Positions 46,384 through 59,765 of a stretch of 64,000 nt of DNA are shown here, piece by piece. The notes beneath the pieces are model-generated. The model was not told the origin of the DNA. It searched no databases and was given only the letters and a program-made list of their open reading frames with translations. The position numbers and the translations under genes were made by a program. The stretch's first letter is position 1. Each line of letters begins with the position of its first letter. The stretch comes from Azolla caroliniana (lineage: Eukaryota; Plantae; Polypodiophyta). The stretch spans positions 8,494,001-8,558,000 of the forward strand of contig JBHGNT010000001.1 of NCBI GenBank assembly GCA_043228905.1, read 5' to 3'.

Positions 46384-49300
46384 CGGTTCGGGGAAACGCG
46401 GTGGACGTGGTGAATCGGATGGAGTCGGCGGGTCGGGGCCGGCAAGACGGATCGGCGCCAGCAAGGGACCGGCAAGGCGGTTGGGTGTTGGTAAGGCGAA
46501 AGACCCGGTTGATCACCATCGCCGAAATCTCTCACCCTTTTCCTTTCTTGGCACATACCGGTGGATGTGCGGTTTGGTGGGGGTGGATGTCGTGAAGATT
46601 TCCGGCTATAGTGTGAAACCGGGGTGGAAGGGGCAAGTCGGTGGTGTGCAACATGTGCACATGTATACTAGGATATGGTGTATAGAAAGAGAGGGGAAAT
46701 TTTTGTCCCACATTGTAAGGTCCCTCCCTCCTTGGGCTATAAAAGGAGGGGAGGGGTCACTTATGAAGGGGTTGCCTATTTTGAGGGAGAGAGGCATACC
46801 ACTTAGGTCGAGGGTTTCCTATTCGGTTTTAGGGTTTTGGTTAGGGTTTTCTTCTTGGGTTTTCCTTTAGGGTTTTCTTATAGTCGTTTGGTGCGGCCAT
46901 GGCGGCCACCATTGTTGTAACCATTCGTTGTTTTAATATAACTTGTTGAACATCTTGCCTCCGCCGATCTCTCCTTCTATGTCGTGGTCTTATTCTTTCC
47001 TCTTCTCCTCTTGAGCTAAGCCTCCATATCGTGTCCTCTTCTTTCTCCTCCACTCCATAGTCCGAGACCCCGGTGGTCCCGCCCCTTCTACATGTAAGCG
47101 CGCAACAACGCGATAACGGTTGACGTAAGACCAAGATATTGACGGTGGCGGCGAGGTGACGAAGGTAAAAAGGGCTACGGATGGGCGGTCTACGGAGATC
47201 CTCACACCGATCCGGCGGTCGGCCCGAGAGCCGGCGTGAGTCCTATAGGGAAGATCGGTGGCGGCAGGAGAACGTGATTGGACAGCAAGAGGCGACGAAC
47301 GGCAAGGAGGTATCAGGCTGGCGAGGCGGCCACGAACCAAATCGGACCTTCCGGCAAGGTCAGTGGGCGTAAGGAAGTCCGGTCCTACGGGATCCCCACA
47401 CTTAACCAGAGACTCCGGCAGTTCGGCCAACGTGGCAACATGAGACCGAGAGAGAAGGTTGGTGGCGGTGGGAAACGGGACCTGACTACGCGGAAGACAC
47501 GAGGAGAGTCAGGGAAGAACTCAAACAAAAGACACCTGAATTTCGGCAAGCATAGAAACGGAGTCTGGTCCTATGGGACCCTCACACCGATCCGGAGACT
47601 CCGGCAGTTCGGCCAATGTGGCAACATGAGACCTAGGGAGAAGGACGGTGGCGGCAGGGAACGAGACCCGACGACACGAGGTAGCGGATAGGGAGCCGGT
47701 AAAACGGGCGGACGAAGTGTGAAACCCTCACCGGCCGGTTACGGTTTCAGAAGGAGCCGGTAGGGGCAAACACAGGGAGGTGTGTCAGGCCGGAAAGGCA
47801 CACCTGGGACGGAACAAGAGTCTCGCAAGTGGCCATCGCGGGCCGGATCAAAGCGTGACTGCGGGACGGTGTTCGGCGCGGGCGGAAGACGGCACAAGGG
47901 AGGTGTCGGGAACGAGGTGACATAGTGGACTGCACAGGGTCAGAGTCAGGGGATGACAAGAGAGGCCGGAGGAGGATCCTCCACACTCGCTTCGTAGATC
48001 TCGGGAGCTCCGTCGAAGTAGCGAAGACTGACACGGCAAGCCCGGGGTGACAAGCTGGTGGGGGCGAGGGGACAACGACAAGCGGAAGACTCGGGACCTG
48101 TTGCAACAGCACGAAGACGGGAAGGGCTAAGCAGGCTACTACGGGGTGTTCCTCGGATGCGAAGGACACTAGTATGCGGGTGAGCGGCGATGCACGATCT
48201 GGCCGGAAAAGGGGGGCCGACAAGGCGTGCAATGAACCGGAGTACGGCACAGGCAGTGCCAAACAACGGACGAAGGTATGTGGCACACGAAGGTGCCGGA
48301 GCGGGAAGGCGAGCGCGGAGACAGTTTGCGCGGTTTGGAGGTAGCGCGAAGAAGGCCAGAAAGGGATCCTCCACACCATTCTGGAGACCATGGCGGTTCG
48401 AGCCAACGCGGCAATGTAAGACCATGGAGAAGGAAGGTGGCGGCGAGAGGACGAGGGCAACGTGAAACAACATGGGACGGCAATCAGGACGACGCGAATG
48501 ATCAACGGAGGCCAAGCGGGCCACTATGGGCATTCCCCAAGCGGAGGACATCGGGCATACGGCGGGGAGCGGGGCGTTCATACGACCGAACAAGGGCCAA
48601 CGGAAGTACGCGTAGGACCCATCGACGGGTCGAACGAGCCTACGGGGAGGTAAGTGCGAAGGAAGAACCGAAGCCGACAGATCAAACCGGCAGCGACCTG
48701 GGATGCGGATTACGGAAGACCGGTTTCTCACCGGCCGAAATCTCTCACCCTTCACCGGATTTGGCACGTACCGGTGGACGTGCGGTTAGGTGGGGGCGGA
48801 TGTCGTGGAGAATTTCGGCCAGAGGTGGAAACCGGGAAACATTGGCTACATCGGCGGGGTGCAGCATGTGCGCTCACCCGTGTACATTTAGTGTGAATAA
48901 CGAGGGCGCCTTTATGGCGCCGAAGAGTAGTCAAGTCGGGACAGACAATCCCATGTAACTCAGGATTTATCCCACATTGTAACGCATCCCTCTCCTTGTT
49001 CTATAAAAGGAAGGGAGCGCCCTTTGTGAAAGGGGTTGCCCATTTTGCGTTAGCGGGTATACCGTTAGATTTAGGGTTAGTTACATTTCTTCTTCTTGTT
49101 GTTCTTCTTCTTCTTCTCCCCCTTCGTGTTCGCTTAGGGTTTGCTTCAACTCCTCTCCTGCGCAAGACCCCGCTCGGCGCGACGAGCCCGTGAGGTCCCC
49201 GACCGGCGGCTTGGCAGTTGACGACTATTGTAACCTACCTTGGTCCGGCTCGAAGCCGGGAATGTATTCTTCCTCTTATATATATACATTTGCGTCTGTC

Positions 49301-51321
49301 TGTGTATATTCGTGTCTCTGTTGGTGTCGGGTGCTTCCCCTTTCCTGCGTTTCCTGTACATAAGGGCGTGAGTCGGGTCAGCCTGTGTGTGTGTGTGTGT
49401 GTGTGCGTGTGTGTGTGCATGCATGTGTGTGCGTGAGTCGATGTTAAGCGCGCGCTCCCTCTCTTTCTCTCTCTCTTCGGTTGCCTCCGGTGTGCTTCTG
49501 GGATGCCCCGGAAACGGTGAAGTACGACTTCCTACGCTCCGTCACTCTCTAGTCCAAGACCCCCGGGGTCCCGCCTTTCTCCACGCACGCGCGTAACAAC
49601 GCGACACCGGTTTGTTTGGATATTGACGATGGAAGTCTTCAAGAAGAGCACGAGCATTGGTCACATTCTATATTGGTTCCCAAGTATGCTCGCTGGGACT
49701 ATATCCTAGCTAATCGACTAAATAGTAAAGCTTGTTGCGAACAATCTTGGAATTCAGGATGGCGGCAACCTCGTACTTAGGTCCATCTTCAAGTTTGATC
49801 AGGGGTGGAGGTTGTTTAATACGACCTGGGATGGTGCTGTCTTGATAGGATTCGAGGAGGGAACTATGAAACAATCGATGTATCTGAAGTTGTGGAGGTA
49901 GATCGACACGAAAAGTGACATCATTAATTTTTCCGATAATACGGAAAGGACGTAATAGTCGATAATCCAACTTCTCGCATGGGCGAGTAGTCTTGATGTG
50001 TCGTGGTAGTAGCCACACCCAATCTCCAATGTTAAAATTGGATGGAAGCCGATGATGATCTGCGTAAACCTTGTGTGTTTGTTGAGCTTGTTGTAGGTGA
50101 GTAGATAAATCCGATTGTATCTTCCGTAACCACTCCAAACGATCCTCTACGCAAGGATTTGTGGGTAACTTTGGGGTTTCAAATACACACCACCGGGGGT
50201 GACAGCCCATATAAGAATAAAATGGTGTAACCTTTGTCGATGAGTGGACAGAGTTATTATATGCAAATTCGGCGAACTGGAGAATATCCGCCCAGTTACC
50301 TTGATGATAGATTAGAAAGCACCGAAGATACTGCTCTAGCGTTTGATTTGTGCGTTCTGTTTGGCCGTCTGTTTGTAGGTGGTAGCCGGAGGAGAGGTTA
50401 CACGTGACCTTGAGCATTTTAAAGAGGTGCTTCCAGAATTTCGAGACGAACTGGGATCCACGGTCGTTGATGATACTATCGGGAAGGCCATCATGCCGAC
50501 ATACTTCACGCATGACAGTTTTGGTAGTTTTCTCACTGGAGACTTCCTTAGTACATGGCAGGAAATGGGCCATCTTCGTATATCGATCTACTACTGTTAA
50601 GATCGCATCGAATCCCATAGAGACCTGAAGATCTGTGATGAAATCTACAGCAATGGATTGCCACGGCTTGCTTGGAATTGGTAATGATTCTAATAAACCA
50701 TATGGACGATGCCTTGGCATTTTTGCTTTGCAACATGTATCACAAGTCCAAACAAATTTTTTGACAAATTGTCGCATATGGGACCACCAGAATGATCGTT
50801 TTAGTACTACCAAAATTTCCTGGTTGTATATGTGTCATGACAGTTTTGGACTACTCAAAGGCGACAAGAACCATTAGGAACATACAAGAGTTTCTTAAAG
50901 AATAGTAATCCATCATGACATTCGAATTGTCGATAGACCGTACCAGGTTGTTGCGACTGTGAACAAGATGCTCGAGAGGGACCAATTTGTGCTAGAATGG
51001 CTTGGACGAAAGCATCTGTCTTCAAGTCCTCACGTATGGTATCGATAACGTGGGAATCCAAGGGCATACTGAAGACCTGTGTTGCTTGCAATCATACTGG
51101 TCCCAGGATTACTTGCTTTTGGTTATCAAAAGTTGGCTTGCCATGATGTGGTGCTAGATACAAGCATCGTGATAATGCATCTGCCTTCCCTTGTTGCTTC
51201 CTTGGACAATATGTAATTTTGAAGTCCAAACGAGTGAGGAATTGGGCCCACCGAGCTTGATGTCAATTTAACACACAAGCATTCTGAAAGTAGGCAAGGT
51301 TTATGTGATCACTCAATATGG

Positions 51322-52134
51322 TGTCATGAAGAATTCTGGCCAGAGGCGGAAATCGGGAAATATTGGCTATATCGGCGGGGTGCAGCATGTGCGCTCACCC
51401 TTGTACATTTAGTGTGAATAACGAGGGCGCCTTTATGGCGCCGAAGAGTAGTCTAGTCGGGACAGAGAATCCCATGTAAGTCGGGATTTATCCCACATTG
51501 TAACGCAACTCCCTCCTTGTTCTATAAAAGGAAGGGAGCGCTTCTTGTGAAGGGTTGCCCATTTTGTATTGGCAGGGTATACCGTTAGACGAAGAGACGT
51601 TCTCTCTTCCTCTTTCTCTCTTTCCTTTCTTGCTCTCCTCTGCTTCTTCTTCGTCGTTCTGCGCGTCGGGCACTGGCGTCTAGCGTTTCGGTTTTTTGCC
51701 TTGTACTTTATGCAAGCCCCGCTCGGCGCGACAAGCCCAAGAGCTCCCCGATCGGCGGCTTGGCAGTAGACAACAGTTGTATCCTATGCGACCTAGGCCC
51801 GGCTCGAAGTCGGTGTTGAATCTCGTTGTCTTGTAAATACATATACATTTGGTTGTGCATATTCGAGTCTCTGTTGGTGTGCATGTGTGTGTCTTTGTGT
51901 TTCTTTCTCGTTTCTGTACATAAGGCGTGAGCTGGGTCGGCGTACTGTGTGCGTGTGTGCGAGAGTCAATGTTGTGTGCTTGCTCTCTCTCTCTCTCCCT
52001 CCCTTTGGTTGCTTCCGGTGTGCTTCTGGGATTCCCCGGAAACGGTGAAGCACGACTTCCTATGCGTCGTTACTCCCTAGTCCAAGACCCCCGTGGTCCC
52101 GCCTTTCTCCACGCACGCGCGAAACTTTCCGACA
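51322..52134 (+). mobile_element. Solo LTR of the B subfamily, inserted in the RNase H region of G
   Basis: TGTCATGAAGA...TCCGACA, TSD ATGG/ACGG; U3 highly similar to the B LTRs. Confidence 0.9.
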
Positions 52135-55100
52135 ACGGTGACTTGATGAGAAGATCCCTCTAGAAAATTCCTCCATTGTGTAAAAGAGTCCACTATTGCT
52201 AATAGCTCCTTATCATGAATTTCATAGTTGATTTTGGTGGCGTCAAACTTGCGTGAGTGGAAAGCCACAGGATGGAGCTTTTCATCATCGCCTTGTTGTG
52301 ACAGAATGCTACCCAATGCGAAATCTGACGCATCTGCTTCTATGATGAATGGTTTTTCCAGATCAACATGAGCCGGAATAGGAGCTGATGTAAATGCCTT
52401 CTTAAGATTCTCAAAAGCCATGTCCGCTTCTTCAGACCAAACGAACGATTGTCCCTTCCTGGTGAGCTATGTGAGAGGCAAAACAAGCTTTGAGTAATCC
52501 TGTATAAACTTGCGGTAGAAATTAGCAAAGCCTAAAAAGCCTTGCACATCTCGCAACAAACGCGGAGACTGCCACTCTACCACCGTTTTGACCTTAGTTG
52601 GATCCATGGAGATGCCTTCCGAGGAAATGACATAGCCCAAAAATTCTACCTGGTTGCACTCGAAACTACATTTTTCCAGCTTTGCATAAAGACCATGTTC
52701 TCGAAGTCGTTTTAGTACTAATTGTACATGAGAATCATGCTCTTCTTGGGTCTTCGAATAAACCAGTAGATCATCCAAATAGATGATCAAATAAACATCC
52801 AAGAGATCTCGGAATATATCATTTGCCATGTGCTAGAAGACTGTTGGTGCAGTAGTGAGGCCGAATGGCATGACCGTATACTCGAAGTGCCCATATTTGG
52901 TGCGAAATGTAGTCTTCCATTCATCTCCTGGTCAAATCCGTATGAGGTTATATGCTCCTCGTAAGTCGATCTTTGTGAAGAACCTTGCACCATTGATCCG
53001 TTCTAAAAGACTTCAAATAAGGGGAAGTGCGTACCTATTCCTGATGGTGACCTTATTCAAGCCACGATAATCTACAATGAGACAAAGTGATCCATCCTTT
53101 TTCTTGACGAAGAAAATGGGTGCGCCGGTTGGAGATTTCGAATGTCGAATGAAACCATTTGCCAAATTCTCCTCTATATAGGCTCGTAGGACTTCTAGCT
53201 CGGTTGGTGACAAATTGTAGATTGATCCCCACGGTGGCTCTTTTCCCAGTTGTAAATTGATGGGACAATCATACGGTCGATGGTGAGGAAGAGTATTGGC
53301 TTGTACTTTATCAAACACATCGGCATAATGAAGATAATTCTCTGGAAGTTGAATGTTGGACTCCTCTTTAGTGGTGTTGGAGGGTTTTACTAATACTGCG
53401 AAGAGAAACATTTCTTCCTTACATCCTTCCTCACACAACTGATGTAGCGAAATGGTTGCAACCTTATGAGTAGATCCTCAGGTTTGTCAATACCGGATTT
53501 CCCTTGTTCTCCAATCTATGTCTGGGTTATGTTGAGACATGTACTAGAGAGGTACTTTTAGTACTAACTATTACTTGGGATAAGAACACATTGCTAACTT
53601 GCTTAGAGGGAATGTAACCACTAATGGGTTGCACAGATCTAGGGTTGTCCAACCAAACGGCTCCTATTTTGGCTGGACATCAAATTTGTTCGATAGATTT
53701 GGGCTATTAGTACTATTAGGACTATCAGATATTCCTATTGAAATAGACTCGGATTTAGTACAATTAGAACTAGCAACTATTTGGTTCACCTGTCTTCTAG
53801 GCCTATGGTAACAGTTCATTGCAATATGCCCTGGTCCACCGCAATAAAGACATAGTTGATATGCTCGGCGTCGCTGCTTTTCTTCTTCCGATAGTGGTCC
53901 GCAACGACGTGTAGTGTCAATTTTCATCGAAGCTGGAGTATTCACTAGAGAGAGACATTATATTACTCCCTTGGAAAAGGTTTTGCTACCACTGAGGCGT
54001 AGGTGGGCTCTGATCTTGCCCTTGGCTTCTAGAACTGACGTTCCGAACGTCGTTCGAAAAGACGGTTGTCGCATTCACCACGCGACTAATTGCTTTTGTC
54101 AATGACTTTGGTTCTTTGGGGAAGGTCAAGAGTAAATCCTTGACATCGTTACGTACACCATAACGAAATTGCTCCATAAGTGCTTGGTCATCCCAGGGGA
54201 TATCAGAGGCGAGTAGGCGGAAATTTGCAGCGTATGCGGAGGCTGGACGATCACCTTGACGTAATTGTCGGATTTTGTTGATTGTTGTGCTTATGCTATC
54301 AGTATCTCCAAAACAGGCTTTAAATTCACTTAAAAACTCTTCAAAATTGTTTAGTATAGGAGATTCATTTTCTAACAACGGAGCGAAGCATGCCAAAGTT
54401 GAGCCAGTTAACAACGTGCCTACCCACTCGTGATGCATCGGTGGGATATCGGGAAGGATGCATTTGAATGACTAATCGTACCTGATTAAGGAATCCTCTA
54501 AACTGTGATCACTTTCCATCGAATTTCATGAGAAGGCCGATCTTGGGTTCTTTATAAACCCCTTGCGTACTGGATCCTTGTTGCTGCATCGCGATTATGG
54601 TCGCTTCGAGTTGTTGCACGCGTAACGCTAGTTCCCCATCTTGTTGTTGCGTCTACTATTTCTCTAAGGAGATTTGTTGAAGCTCCCCCAACAGTCGTTG
54701 ATTTTCTTGTTCCAATGCAAGAAACTTCTCTTTCAAGCATTGCAACTCCAAAAAAACGGATTGATATACTTGAGCGCTAACAGTGGCCATAGTATGAGAG
54801 AAAGAGGAATAAGAGATTAGTATGAAGGGAGGGAGAAGTAAGAAGATAAAGGAAGAGAAGGAAGGAGACAAAATTGGTTCAAACTGTCAGGAACAGTACT
54901 AAGAGAGAGAAGTATTGTCAGGAATAGTACTAAGACAGAAAGAATTAGTACTAAAAGATGAGGATTAGTACTAAGGGATATGTAGAACTCTCGAGAGAAG
55001 GAAAGAGTGAGAGAGAGAGAGAATGATGATAACAAAAGATATATATTATGTTAAGAGAATATACAATAGTAGCTAGGAGGCTTAAGACTGGCGTTTAACC

Positions 55101-55704
55101 GATTTGGTTTGAAATAATGCCTTGTGCCTCCTTTTATAGTGTTCTCAAGAGTATTCCTAAATTTTCTAGAATGTTCCAGAGAAATCTAGAATATACATCA
55201 ATTTTCTATAGTAAAATTTAAATGAAAATAATATTTTTCAATTACAACATATGGTCTAATGGTCAAGAGCTCGACCTATGTAACATAAGGTCATGGGTTC
55301 GAGTCTTGCCATATCGTAAATACAAAATGTTAATAGTAACTTTTCTAATATTCACCAACATGTAACCAATGAAGTTTTTCAGGGACAGGGGGAGACGATA
55401 AATGTGGACACACCTGCACCACTTGGCCTCTTCCTTGATGAAGCAAAAAACCAACGAAGAACTAAACGCCCTCAGATGCCGAGTTTCAAAGCAACTCAGC
55501 GTGGTTTAGACGCAATTAAGAAAATAAAAGAATGTGAGCTACATCACCTAGAAGCCATGGTTATGGTACGTTCTACATTGGGACCACGGGTTACACCCAC
55601 ATCGAAACCCTTTGACCTCTCACTTCTTTTCGAGAGACTTAGATGGAAATGAAATTAGGCCTAGTACAAAGTCATTTCCTTTACAGAATATCTTACACCA
55701 TAGC

Positions 55705-58700
55705 ACATTTCCCACTGATGCATCACGACTGGGACTAGTAGGCACGCTACTTAGCGGCACATCTTGGCATGGTTCGCCCCTTTGTTAGAAAAAGGCTCTC
55801 CATTGTTAAATAACTTTTAAGAGTTTATTAGCAAGTTTAAACCATGTTTTGGAGATACTGATAGCGTTAGGATGGCAATAAACAAAATCTGAAGACTGCA
55901 TCAAAGTGATCGGACGGCCTCAACTTATGTCGCGGATTTCCGTCTTCTCACCACCGATATTCCTTGGGATGACCAAGCATTGATGGAGCAATTTCACTAT
56001 GGCCTACGTAATGATATCAAGGATTTACTCTTGACTTTCCCTAAAGAACCAAAGTCGCTCACAAAAGTAATCAGTCGAATGGTACGATGCAATAACCGCC
56101 TTTTCGAACGACGTTCGGAACGTCAATTCCAGATGCCAAGGACAAGATCAGAGCCCACCTATGCCTCAGTTGTAGCAAAACCTTTTCCAAGAGAGTCATA
56201 TAATGCGTCTCTAGGAAATATTCCAACTCCGATGGAAATCGTCACCACACGACATCGCGGACCATTATAGGAAGAGGAAAAGCAATGACGTCGAGCAAAT
56301 CAACTATGTCTTTATTGTGGTGGACCGAGGCATATTGAAGTGAATTGTGCTCATAGGCCAAGAAGACAGGTAAATCAAATAGTCGCTAGTACTAATAGTA
56401 CTAAACTTGAGTCTATTTCATTAGGAGTGTCAGATAGTCCTAATAGCCCAAGCCTATCAAACAAATTCAAAGTCCTTCGTCAATTAGAAGAAGAGTTAAA
56501 CGACTAAGTCCATCCAAAATAGGAGCCATTTGGTTGGACAGTCCTAGATCTGTGCAACCCATTAGTGGTTTTAACCTCTCAAAGCAAGTTAGCAATATCT
56601 TCCTAGCTCAAGTAACAATTAATACTAAAAGTAATCCTCCAGTACATGTCTTAGCACTCCTAGATTCTGGAGCCAATTCTTGCTTCATGGATAAGAATTT
56701 TGCCCAAGCTGATCAGATATAGCTAAGAAAACTCCCTTGCCCAGCTTCTGTAGTAGTCATTGATGGTCGCCCCATTGCTTCCGGAAATATCGTAGAAGAG
56801 TCAAAGCCGATTAATGTTGTCCTAAATAATTTGGCATGTTTAGTATCATTTAATATAATTAGTATTCCAGCGCATCCAATTGTTTTAGGGTTACCATGGT
56901 TCAAATTACACAATCCAGACGTAGATTGGAGAACAAGAGAAATCGGGTATCGACAACCTCAAGGATCTACCCATAAGATTTCAACGATTTCACTACATCA
57001 ATTGCATGAAGAAGGACGCAAGGAAGCAATGTTTGTATTTGCAGTATCAGTGAAACCTTCCAACACCACTAAGGAGTCAACAATTCAACTTCCAAAGAAG
57101 TATCATCATTACGCCGACGTTTTTGATAAGGTAAAAGCTAGTACTCTTCCTCATCATCGATCGTCTGATTGTTCCATTGACTTACAACCCAGAAAAGAGC
57201 CACTGAGGGAACCGATCTACAACTTGTCACCACTTGAGCTTGAAGTTCTTCGAGCCTACATAGAGGAAAACTTGGGAAACGGGTTCATTCGACATTCAAA
57301 ATCTCCTGTCGGCTCGGCGCACCTATTTTCTTTGTCAAGAAAAAAGATGGATCACTTCGTCTAGTCTTGGATTACCATGGCTTGAATAAGGTCACAATCA
57401 GGAATAGGTATGCACTGCCCTTGATCTCGAATCTTTTAGAAATAATTAATGGCGCAAGTTTTTTACAAAAATCGACTTACGAGGAGCATATAACCTCGTA
57501 CGGATTCGACTGGGAGACAAATGGAAGACAGCTTTCCGCACCCGATATGGGAACTTTGAGCATACGGTTATGCTAGTCGGCCTCACCAATGCGCTAGCGG
57601 TTTTCCAGCACATGGAAAATGATATATTCTAAGATCTTTTGGAGATATGTTTGATCATCTACTTGGATGATCTGGTAGTTTATTCAAAAACACAAGAGGA
57701 GCATGATTCTTATGTACTATTAGTACTAAGACGACTATGAGAACATGGTCTTTATGCAAAGCTAGAAAAGTGTAGCTTTCACTGTAATCAGGAGGAATTT
57801 CTAGGCTATGTCATCTCATCGGAAGGCATCTCTATGGATCCACCTAAAGTCCAAACTGTGTTGGAGTGGCAGACTTCACGTTCATTGTAATGTGCAATGC
57901 TTTTTAGGATTTGCAAACGTCTATCGCAAGTTTATACAAGACTACTCAAAGCTTATTTTGCCGCTCACACAACTTACAAAGAAGGGGCAATTGTTTGTTT
58001 GGACTAAGGAAGCGAACACGGTTTTTGAGGGTCTCAACAAAGCATTTACATCAGCTCTTGTTTTAGCTCATGTTGATCCACCAAAACCATTTATCATTGA
58101 ATCAGATGCGTCTGATTTCGCCCTCAGTAGTATTTTGTCAACAAGGTGATGATGAGAAGCTACATCCCTTGGTTTTCCACTCGCGCAAATTTGACACCGC
58201 CGAAATCAACTACGAGATACATGACAAGGAACTCCTCATCAAGTCACTGTATTCAGTTATCACAAGAATCTTGCCTACTTCCAGAATGCTCGCGTATTAA
58301 ATAAACGACAAGCTTAGTGGGCCCAATTCGTCACTCGTTTTGACTTCAAGATTACATATCGTCCGGGCAAGCAACTGGGAAAGGCGGATGCATGATCACG
58401 ATGCTCGTATCTAGCTCCCCGTCCTAGTGATCCGGCCTTCGACAATCAAAAGCAAGTAATCATAGGTGTGGCACGACTTCAAGCAACGTGGGTCTTTGAC
58501 ACTCCATTGGATTCCCGCATTATCGATACCATATGTGAAGATTTGAAGACGGATGTTTTTGCCCAAGCTATTCTAGATCAAATCAAACCTTCTCGGGCAT
58601 CTTGTTCACGATCACAACAACCAAGTATAGATTACCAGCAATTCGAATGTCATAATGGATTACTCTTCTTTAAGAAACTTTTGTATGTTCCCAATGGTTC

Positions 58701-59143
58701 TTGTCGCCTTCAAATAGTACAAAATTGTCATGACACATACATAACTGGATATTTTGGTGTTACTAAAACATTGGATTTAGTACAACGATCATTTTGGTGG
58801 CCTCATATGCGAAGATTTGTCGAAGACTATGTTCGGACATGTGATACATGTTGTCGCGCGAAGATGCAGCAACATCATCCATATGGTTTGTTGGAGCCAT
58901 TACTGATCCCTAGCAAACCATGGCAATCTATTTCTCTCGATTTTATCACAGATCTTCCAGAGTCAAGGGGCTTCAATGCAATCTTAACAGTGGTAGATCA
59001 ATATACTAAGATGGCACATTTCGTGCCCTGTACTAAAGAAGAAACCATTGGAATTGTTATGCGTGAAGTATTTCGGCATAATGGTCTTCCCGACAGTATC
59101 ATCAGTGATTGTGAACCACAATTCATCTCTAAATTTTGGAAAC
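55705..59143 (+). pseudogene. Degenerate Tcn1-like gag-pol copy H, 5'-truncated and interrupted by Copia I
   Basis: Collinear with element D (MEQFHYGLRNDIKDLLL, ALLDSGANSCFM, SLDFITDLP); many stops; no 5' LTR seen. Confidence 0.9.
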
Positions 59144-59765
59144 TGTAAGGAATAGACGCTTCTATTCACCTTCACCGCTCGGCCACAACCGAGTAAGCGC
59201 GAATCAATGGAGCAGAAAATAGGAACCACACGGAGAAACAAAACGCGAGCACACAGGGATTAACGTGGAAAACCCTAGACGGGAAAAACCACGGGAGTAC
59301 AAGACTCCAAACCAACACTATACAGAGAAGTATACAATGGCGAGCTGCAAGGCGACGACCTTGAGCTCGCTGTCCTCGCCACAGGCGGCGGAAATACACA
59401 GAGGCGTCTACCTCTTCCTCTCTCGCGCTCTATCTCTCTCTCTCTCTCTCACGGCTGCTCTCTCTTCACTCCTCTTGAGTGGAAAAACAGAAAAATGAGT
59501 AGCAACAGCAAAACTGTTTGCCCTAAGTCATATTTATACTTATATGACTTTGGGCTATTTACAACTATAGCCTCAGGGGCCCATAGCGAACATATTCACG
59601 GATATGTCCCTGCATCCGGATCGCTCTCCGGGTACATTCGTCATCCGGCACCGAAGCCGGGGTCTTCGTCATCCGGATCCGAAACCGAAACCGGGCTCGT
59701 CGGCATTCATCTCCGACATCCGACCATCCCATCCGAAGGGACCGTAATCCCAACAAACTCCCCCT

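Larger units (their letters stand above)
36805..47115 (+). mobile_element. Non-autonomous pol-less family A derivative C; 5' LTR split by element D
   Basis: LTRs 36805-37290 plus 42964 to about 43003, and 46588-47115; TSD GCGG/ACGG; Trp PBS; PPT GGTTTGGTGGGGGTGGA. Confidence 0.92.
33925..49606 (+). mobile_element. Non-autonomous pol-less family A derivative B; hosts element C
   Basis: LTRs 33925-34709 and 48801-49606, TSD CTGG/CCGG, Trp PBS, PPT identical to element A; no PR, RT, RNase H or integrase motifs seen. Confidence 0.92.
33401..55320 (-). mobile_element. Degenerate Tcn1-like chromovirus G; hosts element B and a solo LTR
   Basis: LTRs 33401-33869 and 54885 to about 55320; gag about 53660-54790 and pol 49611-53640 collinear with element D; TSD not recoverable. 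Confidence 0.85.

Noticed and set aside
35835-48450. CRISPR array interpretation of the dispersed modules
   Set aside because: Units are long and degenerate, spacers vary widely, there are no cas genes, and the context is a eukaryotic retroelement
55404-55652. 82-aa ORF with faint resemblance to a transposase C-terminus
   Set aside because: No catalytic motif, terminal repeats or TSD; the similarity is too weak to support by eye
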